Below, piece after piece: positions 49,090-58,285 of a stretch of 64,000 bases of DNA. A model generated the notes under the pieces. The model worked only from the letters and a program-made list of their open reading frames with translations, was not told the DNA's origin and searched no databases. Position 1 is the first letter of the stretch, and every line of letters starts with the position of its first letter. Both the position numbers and the translations under genes were made by a program. Source of the stretch: Candidatus Hadarchaeota archaeon (GTDB lineage Archaea > CAYQAE01 > CAYVLA01); contig CAYVLA010000006.1 of assembly GCA_964452145.1 (NCBI GenBank), positions 19,876 through 83,875 on the forward strand, written 5' to 3'.

Positions 49090-50319
49090 ATGCTTCAGGT
49101 CAAGACCGTCGGATCGCCAAGAAGGCAGCACTCCCTGCTCATGCTTGTTCTCATCTCGGTCTTTCCCGTAGGACTGTGCACACCCAAAGTCGACCCGGCA
49201 ACCGGAAGGATTCGCATGCTTATGATAGGCGAGACCGCGTCATCCCATCAAGATGCCACATACTTCCTCCTGTCCGATCCGATGGTGAGCCTCACTGTGA
49301 TACCAGCCGGGGATGTCGCCAATGTCGAGACCAGCAAACGCTTCGTACGCATCTACGTTCCAAGAACGCGGGAGAAGCTCGTCTCAAACTACGACGCAAT
49401 AGAGCTCTTCGACTTCGTACCCTACATCCTCGAGGATAAGCACTTCCACTGGATGCACGATGCCGTCGAGGATGAGGGGCTCGGCCTTTCCCTAGTCGAG
49501 ATGGGGTGGTACGGGGTCACGGACTGGACAGGCAACGATGCCGAAGCGTGGATGGCCACGGTGCTGTACCAGGCCTATCCGGTTGATCTGGTTGTCGGCA
49601 AGCAGAACGCCCTCACACCATACATGGACGTCGTGTCCGGCCATCCCCTCGTCAATCTTCCCGGCCTTGAAAAGTTCGCGCTCACGGGGGTCGGGAGCCA
49701 CGGCATCCAGATGGCCAGGGAGGGATCCACGGTCCATACGGTGTGGCGGACCGGGAGGGAGGACGCCATCGTGGGAGGCACCTACGGGTCGGGCACCACC
49801 CTCATCATCCCGATGGGCTGGGACAATGTTCCCGATGCAACGGAGAGAAACTGGGACTACTACATCGATCTCGTACTGAACCATGCATGCTATGTGGCCA
49901 ACGTTCCCCTGCCTGATGATCCGAACCTGGCGCGGGCACTCCGTCTCGGCTTCACCGAATACCGGGCCAGGAGGTCGCTTGCGTCATCCCTCATCGACTT
50001 CATAGGCAGGTTCGGTGCCAATACGCTGAAGGTCGAGAAACTCATCATGGACTTAGAGGAGGAAAGAAGGGTGGCCGAGCAGCTCTATGTCCAAGGCGAC
50101 CACAGCGCCGCCTGGGAAATGCTGGACCGGGTGCTGGTGAAATTGCAGGCCGTTTCTCAGGAATCGATGAAGCTCCGGCAGAGGGCTCTCCTCTGGATAT
50201 ACCTAATCGAGTGGCTGGCCATCATGGCCACTCTCCTAGCATCCACAATGGTTCTCTGGACGTTAATGGTCAGACGGAGGCTGTATAGGCAAGTCGCAGC
50301 AACTCGGTCGACCCTCTAG
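49090..50319 (+). CDS. Membrane-anchored paralog 4
   Basis: Signal peptide, KVDPATGRIRML, RIYVPRT, FIGRFGA, ALLWIYLIEWLAI and LMVRRRLYRQVAATR. Confidence 0.85.
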   Translation: MLQVKTVGSPRRQHSLLMLVLISVFPVGLCTPKVDPATGRIRMLMIGETASSHQDATYFLLSDPMVSLTVIPAGDVANVETSKRFVRIYVPRTREKLVSNYDAIELFDFVPYILEDKHFHWMHDAVEDEGLGLSLVEMGWYGVTDWTGNDAEAWMATVLYQAYPVDLVVGKQNALTPYMDVVSGHPLVNLPGLEKFALTGVGSHGIQMAREGSTVHTVWRTGREDAIVGGTYGSGTTLIIPMGWDNVPDATERNWDYYIDLVLNHACYVANVPLPDDPNLARALRLGFTEYRARRSLASSLIDFIGRFGANTLKVEKLIMDLEEERRVAEQLYVQGDHSAAWEMLDRVLVKLQAVSQESMKLRQRALLWIYLIEWLAIMATLLASTMVLWTLMVRRRLYRQVAATRSTL

Positions 50320-50639
50320 CAGTAGGATCCGAGGGAACCGCCTCTTGCCTCCGATCCCGTGGCTATCTTTCCGAATGCACAGAAGATGGCTTCTTCGAAG
50401 CCATTGAGCAAAGGAGAACCTACATGTGAGCCTTTCGGCCGCAAGTGCTTCGACCAGGCCACAGATAGATGAGGTGGGCTGCGCCGGGGCATGAAACGAT
50501 CCTCAGAAGGAAAGGCTTATCTGCGAGAGACCGACATGGACAACGACAGCCCCGAGATACGGGATGGTCCCGTCGCCAACCCACGACCATGAAACGCTTT
50601 TATCGTACGCAACCCAATTGGGAACGGGATTCCGAATTG

Positions 50640-51203
50640 ATGATACTCGCGGTGCACGGAAGCGCCCGCCGGGGCGGGAACACCGACATTCTCCTTGAAC
50701 ACGCAATGAAGGGTGCAAGAAGTGAGGGAGCTACAGTGCAGCTCATCAGAGTGGCGGAACTAAGGATCGCGGGGTGCAGAGGCTGTGAAGGGTGCAGAGA
50801 GACCGGACGGTGCGTCCAACAGGACGACATGCAGGATTACTACGACGCTGTCCTTGCCGCCGACGGCTACATATTTGCCACGCCAATCTATGGGTGGGGG
50901 CCGAGCGGACAGATCAAGCTCTTCCTGGACCGGCTCTATTGCCTAGTCGGACTTCTGCAGCGAAGAGCCAAGAAGGAGCGCAAGTGCGCAGCGCTGGTAA
51001 CCGCCTTTGGGGCATCCGATCCGTCCACATCGGATGAGACCAGTCGGATGTTCAGAAAGATCTGCAGACATGTCCGGGTGGATTTCGTGGGTGAACTGCG
51101 GGTGTCGGCACAGGAGAAGGGGGAAGTCTCGCGCAAACCCCAAGAGCTAGAGAAGGCCGAAAGACTTGGTCAAGAACTAGCCACCGCCATCAAGCGGCCC
51201 TAG
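50640..51203 (+). CDS. Flavodoxin-fold iron-sulfur flavoprotein (Isf/NADPH-dependent FMN reductase family)
   Basis: GSARRGGNT, CRGCEGCRETGRC (CxxCxxCx5C), DDM, ATPIY and KLFLDR. Confidence 0.9.
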   Translation: MILAVHGSARRGGNTDILLEHAMKGARSEGATVQLIRVAELRIAGCRGCEGCRETGRCVQQDDMQDYYDAVLAADGYIFATPIYGWGPSGQIKLFLDRLYCLVGLLQRRAKKERKCAALVTAFGASDPSTSDETSRMFRKICRHVRVDFVGELRVSAQEKGEVSRKPQELEKAERLGQELATAIKRP

Positions 51204-51450
51204 GACCGAGTCTCCCTCGGAAACCTCCTTACCCAGCCCCACATCCCAGCCGGGCCGATACGTACCACTTCAAGAACAACGATCGCGTGTCCTCCCGGCC
51301 AAAGTCCCCAGTGTCGGTGTATCCCCCCTTCGCCTCGGTTTCAGACCTACTGATCCGATGAAGTGGAGTGGACCCGGATACCCCCATCCCGGTTCGGTGA
51401 TTCCTCAGCCGACCAAGGGGGACAAGCCAGATCCGCCTCCGCTCAACAAA

Positions 51451-51498
51451 CTGGAACGCCAATGGGCTAGAACGCCAATGGATTGGAACGCACGGTGG
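51451..51498 (+). repeat. Three imperfect 16-bp tandem repeats upstream of the 51588 gene
   Basis: CTGGAACGCCAATGGG / CTAGAACGCCAATGGA / TTGGAACGCACGGTGG. Confidence 0.7.
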
Positions 51499-51587
51499 TC
51501 CTGGGCCCTCGTCTGTTCCATGCAAGGATTATCTGCCGTTTCAGGAATACCCGCCCTCCAGAAAAACGGCAAGGGAGGTGAAAAAAA

Positions 51588-52052
51588 GTGAAAGGCAAGA
51601 TCCTGGCAACAACGATTATTCTCATGTTAGTGTTCGCTGGCCATGCTTACGCCGATGTCGTGATCCGCAGCAACGATACAAAGGGCGAGGAACCCGAGCC
51701 CCCCGATGAGACCATCAACGACAATGCTACCGAGGCGGAGCCGTGGCTGATAGCGCCCAGTCCCAACGAAGAAGCCAAGGATAGCGACATCGTGGTGTCC
51801 GTGGACGAGCAAAGCGAGGAAGAAGCCATGCCCAGAAATGCCACCACCGACGAACGTGAGACCAGCAACGGGAAAGGTGAAGCACCCGAGGATGACGCAA
51901 CCATCGGAGTGGATGACTGGCTCATTTCGCCCCAGGGAGAGGTGGACGACGCCATCTCTGGTGGGAATTCCAGCGTCTACTTATTCGCCGTCCCGCTTGT
52001 CTGCGCCGCTTCGGTCGCCTCAATCATAGGCGTTAGGCGCAGACGCCATTAG
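51588..52052 (+). CDS. Small acidic cell-surface protein (signal peptide, C-terminal TM and RRRRH)
   Basis: GGAGGTGA RBS; AYA cleavage site; D/E-rich body with an internal KGE..TI..WLIxP duplication. Confidence 0.85.
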   Translation: MKGKILATTIILMLVFAGHAYADVVIRSNDTKGEEPEPPDETINDNATEAEPWLIAPSPNEEAKDSDIVVSVDEQSEEEAMPRNATTDERETSNGKGEAPEDDATIGVDDWLISPQGEVDDAISGGNSSVYLFAVPLVCAASVASIIGVRRRRH

Positions 52053-52059
52053 ATCACCA

Positions 52060-52093
52060 GAGGGGGCTTTGCACCCCCTCGCCTTCTTTTTCT
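52060..52093 (+). terminator. Hairpin plus U-tract terminator
   Basis: GAGGGGG/CCCCCTC stem followed by CTTCTTTTTT, between convergent genes. Confidence 0.65.
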
Positions 52094-52171
52094 TAGGAAT
52101 GTCCTCACATCCGATCCGGCCATGTTGGGCGGTCCCTAGTGGACTTCTCCCAGCAACGACCCACCCTCGCT

Positions 52172-53410
52172 TCATCCTCCAACAAGCCTGGTTGTCGCGA
52201 TCTGGCGATAGAATCGTCTCTTCACCATGAGCGTCCACAGAATGGAAGCCGAGCCAACGCAGGTCCCGGTGATGACCAGATACTCGATGACGAAGACCCA
52301 CAGAAGGACGCGGTCCTTTGCCCTCAGGACCTCGTCTAGAAGCGCAAGGGCTTCGGCCTTGGCCTCGTCGAGTCCTGACAGGGCCGACCCATAATCCCCG
52401 GAGATGTAGAGATCGCTCGCTGCCAGCCAGCGGCCATCTATCTCGGCAAGTCTGAGCCCATAGGACGCGGTGGTTGCACCGAATTTCTCCACCCAGTCCA
52501 TCAGCGACAGTATGATCCCCCTCTGCGTCCTGTACTCCCAGAAGCCATCCCTTGCCCGGGCAACGACCACGACGTCCTCAGGCAGCGCTCTGCCCGCGGA
52601 GTAGAGGATCAGATTGGACATTACGTCCATCGCCCAAGGGTTCTCGGACAACCCGTGAATGCTTGCATGCACATCGCCCCACCAGCTGTGGTCAAGGTCG
52701 TCAGCCGCCACCCAGCAATGGCCACCGTTGTCATCGTACTTCCATTCCAGGATCCACGGTCCGTATTGTCTGGGCACGAGGTTGCCCCAGGCCCTCGTCC
52801 CGGTGCGAGGGGCGAGGAATCCACAACCTATTCCTACAGCCCTTTCAACGCCGAGCTCTACAAAAGGGGTGAACACGGGAGGGAGGCCTTTGACGAATTC
52901 GACCCGATACGACCTCGTGGTCCAGGCCATGTTGATGTTTTTTGACATGTCGTGGGGAACGACCTGTCCCAGAATCGATGACTGAACCGAGTAGAACTCC
53001 GGCCCGAAGGTGAAGAAGGATCCGGCCACTCCATCTCGGATTGAGTCGTACATCTGCTGGGATTGCTTGCCCGAGAACACCGAGACGTCCGCGTCCACGA
53101 AGAAGATCATGGAGAAGCGCCTCAGATCCTCGTCCGTCCGAGGGAAGTAGAGCCTGACATACCTGGTCTTCATCTCCTCGGTCAGCTTCCCGGCAGGTCC
53201 CTCCCTCGTCCTTATCGACACATACTCAAACAGGGGATCGCTGTCGAACAGAAGGGGCAAGGGGCATTCCTGCGGGTAGACCTCACCTATGAGCAGCATG
53301 TGGAGCCTGCGACCATCTCCTCCTGCTCCGGCGATTCCCGCCTCGATCTGCAACACCAAGAGCAGGCCGATGCTCCAGAAAACCATCTTCAGCTCCGAAC
53401 CGTTTCGCAT
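52172..53410 (-). CDS. Membrane-anchored paralog 5
   Basis: Signal peptide, RLYFPRT, WVEKFGA, VLLWVFVIEYLVI and LMVKRRFYRQIATTR. Confidence 0.85.
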   Translation of the reverse strand: MRNGSELKMVFWSIGLLLVLQIEAGIAGAGGDGRRLHMLLIGEVYPQECPLPLLFDSDPLFEYVSIRTREGPAGKLTEEMKTRYVRLYFPRTDEDLRRFSMIFFVDADVSVFSGKQSQQMYDSIRDGVAGSFFTFGPEFYSVQSSILGQVVPHDMSKNINMAWTTRSYRVEFVKGLPPVFTPFVELGVERAVGIGCGFLAPRTGTRAWGNLVPRQYGPWILEWKYDDNGGHCWVAADDLDHSWWGDVHASIHGLSENPWAMDVMSNLILYSAGRALPEDVVVVARARDGFWEYRTQRGIILSLMDWVEKFGATTASYGLRLAEIDGRWLAASDLYISGDYGSALSGLDEAKAEALALLDEVLRAKDRVLLWVFVIEYLVITGTCVGSASILWTLMVKRRFYRQIATTRLVGG

Positions 53411-53516
53411 GGATCGACTTCACCAAGTCTGGACTTCAGTACTCCCCATGCCTCTGACCCGCGCATCCCGGAGACCGCATGAGACAGAGCCACCATGGGC
53501 ACCCGCTACGCCAGGC

Positions 53517-54749
53517 TCACTCCTTCGCCGCCGCGAGTCTGGTCATCTCCACCTTCCGATACAGCTTGCGCCTGATCATGAGCATCCAGAGAACGGATCC
53601 CGACATGAAGAGAGCGGACGATGTCACCAGCCACTCTATCAGGAATACCCAGAGAAGTGCCTTGTTCTTCTCCCTTCTTGCCACCTCCTCCGCCGCGGGG
53701 AATCTGACCAGGGCAGAGCTTATCGACGCCTGGCTCTCCAAGAAGGCATGCTCAAGATACCGGTGGGTGGCCTCGGCGTAGATCTCCTCAAGGGGGATCA
53801 TCTCTCGCTCTATGCTTTCGGTGTTGGCCCCGAACTTGTCTATGAAGTCCTTCAGCGAGATCAGCACCCTCATCCTGGTCACGAACTCGGCGAAGTCCGA
53901 CTTCACTCTGTGGAAAACCTCCACATCATCGATGAGCTCGGTGTTCGCAAGCCAGAAGATCATGTTCATAACGATCTCGGGTGAGTACTTGTTTTCACCC
54001 GTGACGCCGGTGGGGTATGCAAGCCACCCTCCCGGGAAGGGCGACCCGATCGTCATGGCACGACCCTTGCCATACCACCAAGCGACAAGGTAGGGCTCCT
54101 TCTGTGGGTAGTTGCCGCCCTGCCAGGCTAGAACGCCTGAACCATCCCTGGCAATCACTAATCTGCTTAGGCCTCCGCGCGCGTTCTCCACGCCGAAAGG
54201 CACGAAAGCGGTGAGTATGGGTTCGGGATGGTTCTTGTTGATCTGGACCCAGTGAGACTCTATCTGGGCCCAAGCGCTGTATCGCGCCGTCACCGCGGGC
54301 GCATCGTTGGGAAATGCCTCCCAGGCCACGCCGGATGCCCATGCCTGCGGCACGCCAGCTATCTGGCTGAAGACGCTTCCATCATTCATTCCGCCCGATC
54401 CATCCCAGATGGCGTCGCGGATCCACATGTCTTGCTTAGGAGTGATGAGTTCGTAGTTGGGCTTGCAGAGGATCAGGACGTCATAGCTCGTCATCTCCTG
54501 GTATCTGCGGGGAAAGTAGAGACGGATCAGCTTGACGAGTTCCGAGTCAGGGACCCGGCCGTCCCAGGTCACGATCACCTTGTACTCCACAGAGGGCTCC
54601 CCGTCAAAAAACATCCTCAAAGCATCGACTCGACTGTCCTGTACCAGTAGCAGCAGCCTTATCCTTTCGGCTCCGAAGCCGGGCGAGAAGAACACAAGCG
54701 TCATGGCGACGGCCAAGCAGAAGACAGCCCTGACGGCACGGCAATGCAT
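53517..54749 (-). CDS. Membrane-anchored paralog 6
   Basis: Signal peptide, RLYFPRRY, FIDKFGA, ALLWVFLIEWLVT and LMIRRKLYRKVEMTR. TTTTTAT box about 30 nt upstream. Confidence 0.85.
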   Translation of the reverse strand: MHCRAVRAVFCLAVAMTLVFFSPGFGAERIRLLLLVQDSRVDALRMFFDGEPSVEYKVIVTWDGRVPDSELVKLIRLYFPRRYQEMTSYDVLILCKPNYELITPKQDMWIRDAIWDGSGGMNDGSVFSQIAGVPQAWASGVAWEAFPNDAPAVTARYSAWAQIESHWVQINKNHPEPILTAFVPFGVENARGGLSRLVIARDGSGVLAWQGGNYPQKEPYLVAWWYGKGRAMTIGSPFPGGWLAYPTGVTGENKYSPEIVMNMIFWLANTELIDDVEVFHRVKSDFAEFVTRMRVLISLKDFIDKFGANTESIEREMIPLEEIYAEATHRYLEHAFLESQASISSALVRFPAAEEVARREKNKALLWVFLIEWLVTSSALFMSGSVLWMLMIRRKLYRKVEMTRLAAAKE

Positions 54750-54973
54750 GACGCACGCAACGACGGCAAGCCATACATAAAAATGGCGGGGACTGCATTC
54801 ATCCAACAGGGGCCCACCCACTTGCTCGGTACGCAGCTTCACGGCCGGGATTCCGCGGCCCATGCTCCGTATCCAGGTGCAAGCCCAAAGGCCCTAAGGC
54901 AGGAAGGCAGGCGTCACAGATTTATCGGCACTGGTGCCTCCACGGATCTCGAGCATCAGAAGGGAAGGGTTGT

Positions 54974-55819
54974 TTGAAGACTCTTGGAAGGTTTATCGGG
55001 CTTGCCTTCGTCGCTGTCGTCCTCTCAGGCCTTCTTCTGATCACCTTTGCTCCAGCGAGGCCCGGTCAACCCATAGAAGTCCTGGGAAACGAGTACCCAC
55101 AGATCTTGTCCCTCGGAAGATCCACGTTCAGCTTCTCGGTGGTGGCCAGGGAGCCGTTCAAACGCATGGAGATCAGATTCATCACCCTGACCCCCAAGGA
55201 TCTCGCAGAGTCGGGACTGATCGACCCGGCCTGGCAGCAAGGCATCAGCGGGCTGAGCGGTGTTCTCGGGAACGTGCGGAAGCTTGTCTGGTTTGACGAG
55301 GACATCTCGCAACTCGGGATATCGCCTGAACGGCTCGACCGAACCGTCACCCTCGAGGGCAGAAGCTTTGACCTTCTCGTACACGACTACTCCGACTCAT
55401 TGGTCAGCCGCCTCGGCCCAAGCCTACTTGGCAGGAACGTAACGCTAAGCGTGCCGCTCGTGTTCGCGGTTATCGCGAACCAGACTCACTACCAGTACTT
55501 GGAGGGTAACTTCGGCTTCTTCGTCAAGCCAGCCATCAACGTCAGGTCCCTACTGATATCTCACAACAATAATGAAACCAAATATGCTGCCGACGATGAG
55601 ATACAGCGGGGGTCAGTTCTTTTTCCCATTTCGCAAGCGCCCAGGGGCATCGTCACGGTGGAATCCGTGGACACGGACGATACGATCACCGTCGCCTTCG
55701 GAGTCGAACCTCTCCAGTTCATACGAGACCCCAAGGGGCCGGCTGCCCTGCTTCAGATGATTCGCGTGTACCTCGACGGTGAGCCCTATGGTGAAACAAT
55801 CGTGAACGTGGTGAGGTAG
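54974..55819 (+). CDS. Hypothetical exported or N-terminally anchored protein
   Basis: N-terminal hydrophobic helix and beta-rich body with N-x-S/T sequons. TTTATC box upstream. Confidence 0.75.
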   Translation: MKTLGRFIGLAFVAVVLSGLLLITFAPARPGQPIEVLGNEYPQILSLGRSTFSFSVVAREPFKRMEIRFITLTPKDLAESGLIDPAWQQGISGLSGVLGNVRKLVWFDEDISQLGISPERLDRTVTLEGRSFDLLVHDYSDSLVSRLGPSLLGRNVTLSVPLVFAVIANQTHYQYLEGNFGFFVKPAINVRSLLISHNNNETKYAADDEIQRGSVLFPISQAPRGIVTVESVDTDDTITVAFGVEPLQFIRDPKGPAALLQMIRVYLDGEPYGETIVNVVR

Positions 55820-55834
55820 AGTGGAGGTGACGGT

Positions 55835-56794
55835 CTGAGAAGCATCCACGCAACCACGACCCTTTTCCTGATTCTGTTCGCGACCAGCCCGGTTGCAGGT
55901 CTGGAACCCCTCATCGTCGTGTACTCGGGAGGAATCCCCGACCTAGCGGAGATGCTCGCCTCGGTGATTGAGTCAGACGACAGGTTGACAAGTCGAGTGA
56001 TGGCTGTTCGCAGTCTCGAGGAGGTCGTCCTCGCTGCCGCGATGCCAGCGACCCAATGCATCGTGATCTATGCCGACCACAAGGACTACGTCTTCGGACT
56101 CGAATCAACGCTTGTGCCATTCTTCGAGGAAGGAGGTGGTCTGGTGGGATTCACGGAGGCCTGCTACGAGCCATCCGCAAGAGGCCTGGCTACGGAGGTC
56201 TTCCCCGTATTCGGCAACTCGTCCAACAAGGAACTCACCATGAAGGAGAGAAGGACGCGTACATACATCTTGCAAGAACAAAGCATCGTATCAAGGGGAT
56301 TGCCTGACAGCTTCCGGATTCTGAGCATGGGCACGTATCTTTCAGCTGACCGAGACGGCAAACATCTACGGGTGCCGGGCGACTACGCCGTTGTCTACCG
56401 CGACAACGCTACCGGATGTCCCCTGGTTATCACCCACCAGAGCGCAGGAGGCGGGCGCTCCGTGGCATTTCCGGGCATCATGCTGGCTGCCGTTCCAAGG
56501 TTGGATGTATACTACGGTAATCTGGTCCTAGACGAGAACTTCGTGACGCTCTTCACGAACTCCGTCGTCTGGGCTGCTGAGAACGCGCGCATCAAGCGAG
56601 TTGAGGAGGGACTCAAACAGGCCATGGATGAGTACGAATCCCAGCTCCAGCAACTCAAGGAGGAAGCCGAGGATGCACGGAGAAGCCGGACGACAAGTCG
56701 GATGCTACTGCTGCTGTTACTGTGGGCGGCGGGACTGGCGTCAAGCGGGGTGGTCGCCAGACGAGTGATTCTATCGCCAGCCGAGCCAGAGTAG
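55835..56794 (+). CDS. Exported GATase-I-like domain protein with coiled coil and C-terminal TM (probable CTG start)
   Basis: GGAGGTGA at 55823-30 then in-frame CTG gives the signal peptide MRSIHATTTLFLILFATSPVAG. Also FFEEGGGLVG, GGGRSVAF, a heptad E/Q/K stalk and a TM helix. Confidence 0.8.
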   Translation: MRSIHATTTLFLILFATSPVAGLEPLIVVYSGGIPDLAEMLASVIESDDRLTSRVMAVRSLEEVVLAAAMPATQCIVIYADHKDYVFGLESTLVPFFEEGGGLVGFTEACYEPSARGLATEVFPVFGNSSNKELTMKERRTRTYILQEQSIVSRGLPDSFRILSMGTYLSADRDGKHLRVPGDYAVVYRDNATGCPLVITHQSAGGGRSVAFPGIMLAAVPRLDVYYGNLVLDENFVTLFTNSVVWAAENARIKRVEEGLKQAMDEYESQLQQLKEEAEDARRSRTTSRMLLLLLLWAAGLASSGVVARRVILSPAEPE

Positions 56795-56908
56795 GGAAGC
56801 ACTTCATGCACCTGCCTCGTCCTCGCGCAACCTCGGCCAGGAAGAGGCGGAGAGACCCGGGCTTGGATGACAGACACAAGGCTGTTCGCCCCGGCAACGA
56901 TGAGGTAG

Positions 56909-58006
56909 TCACCTGTTCCACTCGGTGACCGCGTCGACCATCGCCTTGAAACGCGGGAAAGCCTCCAGGCCTCTGCCAAATATGTACGGCGAAGCAGTCG
57001 GACACACAATCAGGCCACTGTGATCCGCAAACACCGTCTCAACGAGCTGTTCCGTCTCCTGCCCTACCTCCTTCGGAGTCGCCTCGTACATTCTGTTGAT
57101 CTGGATGTTGCCCTCCAAACACATCCTCCCCCTTGCCAGCGCCTTGGCTTCCATAGGGGTGATATCTCCCATGGGAGGAGCTTCGAAAGGATGCAGAACA
57201 TCGACACCCATCTCCAGGAAGCCCGCGAAGACCCTCCTTATAGAGCCATGACAGTGCACATGAACGTATCCGCCAGCATCGTGGACCATGTCAAAGATAG
57301 GTCTCTCATACTTCACGATGAAGTCCTTGAAGTCGCGTGGTCCGTGGATCGGCGGAACGATGAACTCCTCTCCCGACATGGAGAAAAAAGGACCTACCCC
57401 GCTGTCGAGAATCACCCTCAAGCGATTCATTACGATGGTCATCTGGCGAATGCAAAGCTCGTGTATGAGGTCCCTATTGGTTATGGACATCTTCGCGAAG
57501 GTCTTGGTTCCGAACAGGGTAGCTACGAAGCCTCCAGGAGAAGATCCCAGAGACGCTTCGACGATCCCCGCCTCTCCCATCTGCGCCTTGGCGGCATGGA
57601 AAGAGGACACATCCGCCCGACCAATCCCGGGCAGCGGGAGGGAAAGGTATCTCTCGGCATCCTCCAGATCCTTGAGATAGTAGGTCTCCGACAGACCGGA
57701 CTGTCCCTTCAGGCCGACAAGCCGTGACGACTGTAGGTCCCCTTTGGGTGTATGAAGGACCGTCACATGTCGCTCGAAATCATTCGAGTAAGGTTCCACA
57801 TGGGATTCCAGGGGGTACGGCGTCAGCTCCGGGCCGGGCCATGAAGCTTTCAGTTCGGTATGGGCACTGAGATATGCCTTGAGCTTGTCGTAGCTCGGGT
57901 CATTGCGCGGAAAACCAGTACGAACGTATACTCCGGGCCGGTCAGTTTGTCCATGCGAGTAGCACCTCTCTAGCCTCTCCCGACGATTCATGTGTTTCTC
58001 CCTCAT
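56909..58006 (-). CDS. Uroporphyrinogen decarboxylase / MtaA-CmuA family protein
   Basis: MNRRERL, TPKGDL, HVHCHG, VLHPFEAPPMGD and LEGNIQ. Confidence 0.85.
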   Translation of the reverse strand: MREKHMNRRERLERCYSHGQTDRPGVYVRTGFPRNDPSYDKLKAYLSAHTELKASWPGPELTPYPLESHVEPYSNDFERHVTVLHTPKGDLQSSRLVGLKGQSGLSETYYLKDLEDAERYLSLPLPGIGRADVSSFHAAKAQMGEAGIVEASLGSSPGGFVATLFGTKTFAKMSITNRDLIHELCIRQMTIVMNRLRVILDSGVGPFFSMSGEEFIVPPIHGPRDFKDFIVKYERPIFDMVHDAGGYVHVHCHGSIRRVFAGFLEMGVDVLHPFEAPPMGDITPMEAKALARGRMCLEGNIQINRMYEATPKEVGQETEQLVETVFADHSGLIVCPTASPYIFGRGLEAFPRFKAMVDAVTEWNR

Positions 58007-58285
58007 CACGCCCTCCAGAGAACGACTCACATGCCGTGACAGTCGCCATCCCGAAGCCCACACCGGCTAGCAGGTCCGACGTGCTTTCGGATGGACCGGC
58101 TTGCCAGGAATCTCGGGATAAGAATCTTATCGACCTCCGGTAGGTGGTACTGGAAGAACGAGGCACAAAGGTCACACCCTCTCCCTTCCAGTGAGCCGTC
58201 GGCCTCGCTTAGTGAGAGTGCTGCGCATCAACATCACTGGGTCACTGAGGCCACCGGGAAAAGACACTAAAACTCCGACCCCCCT

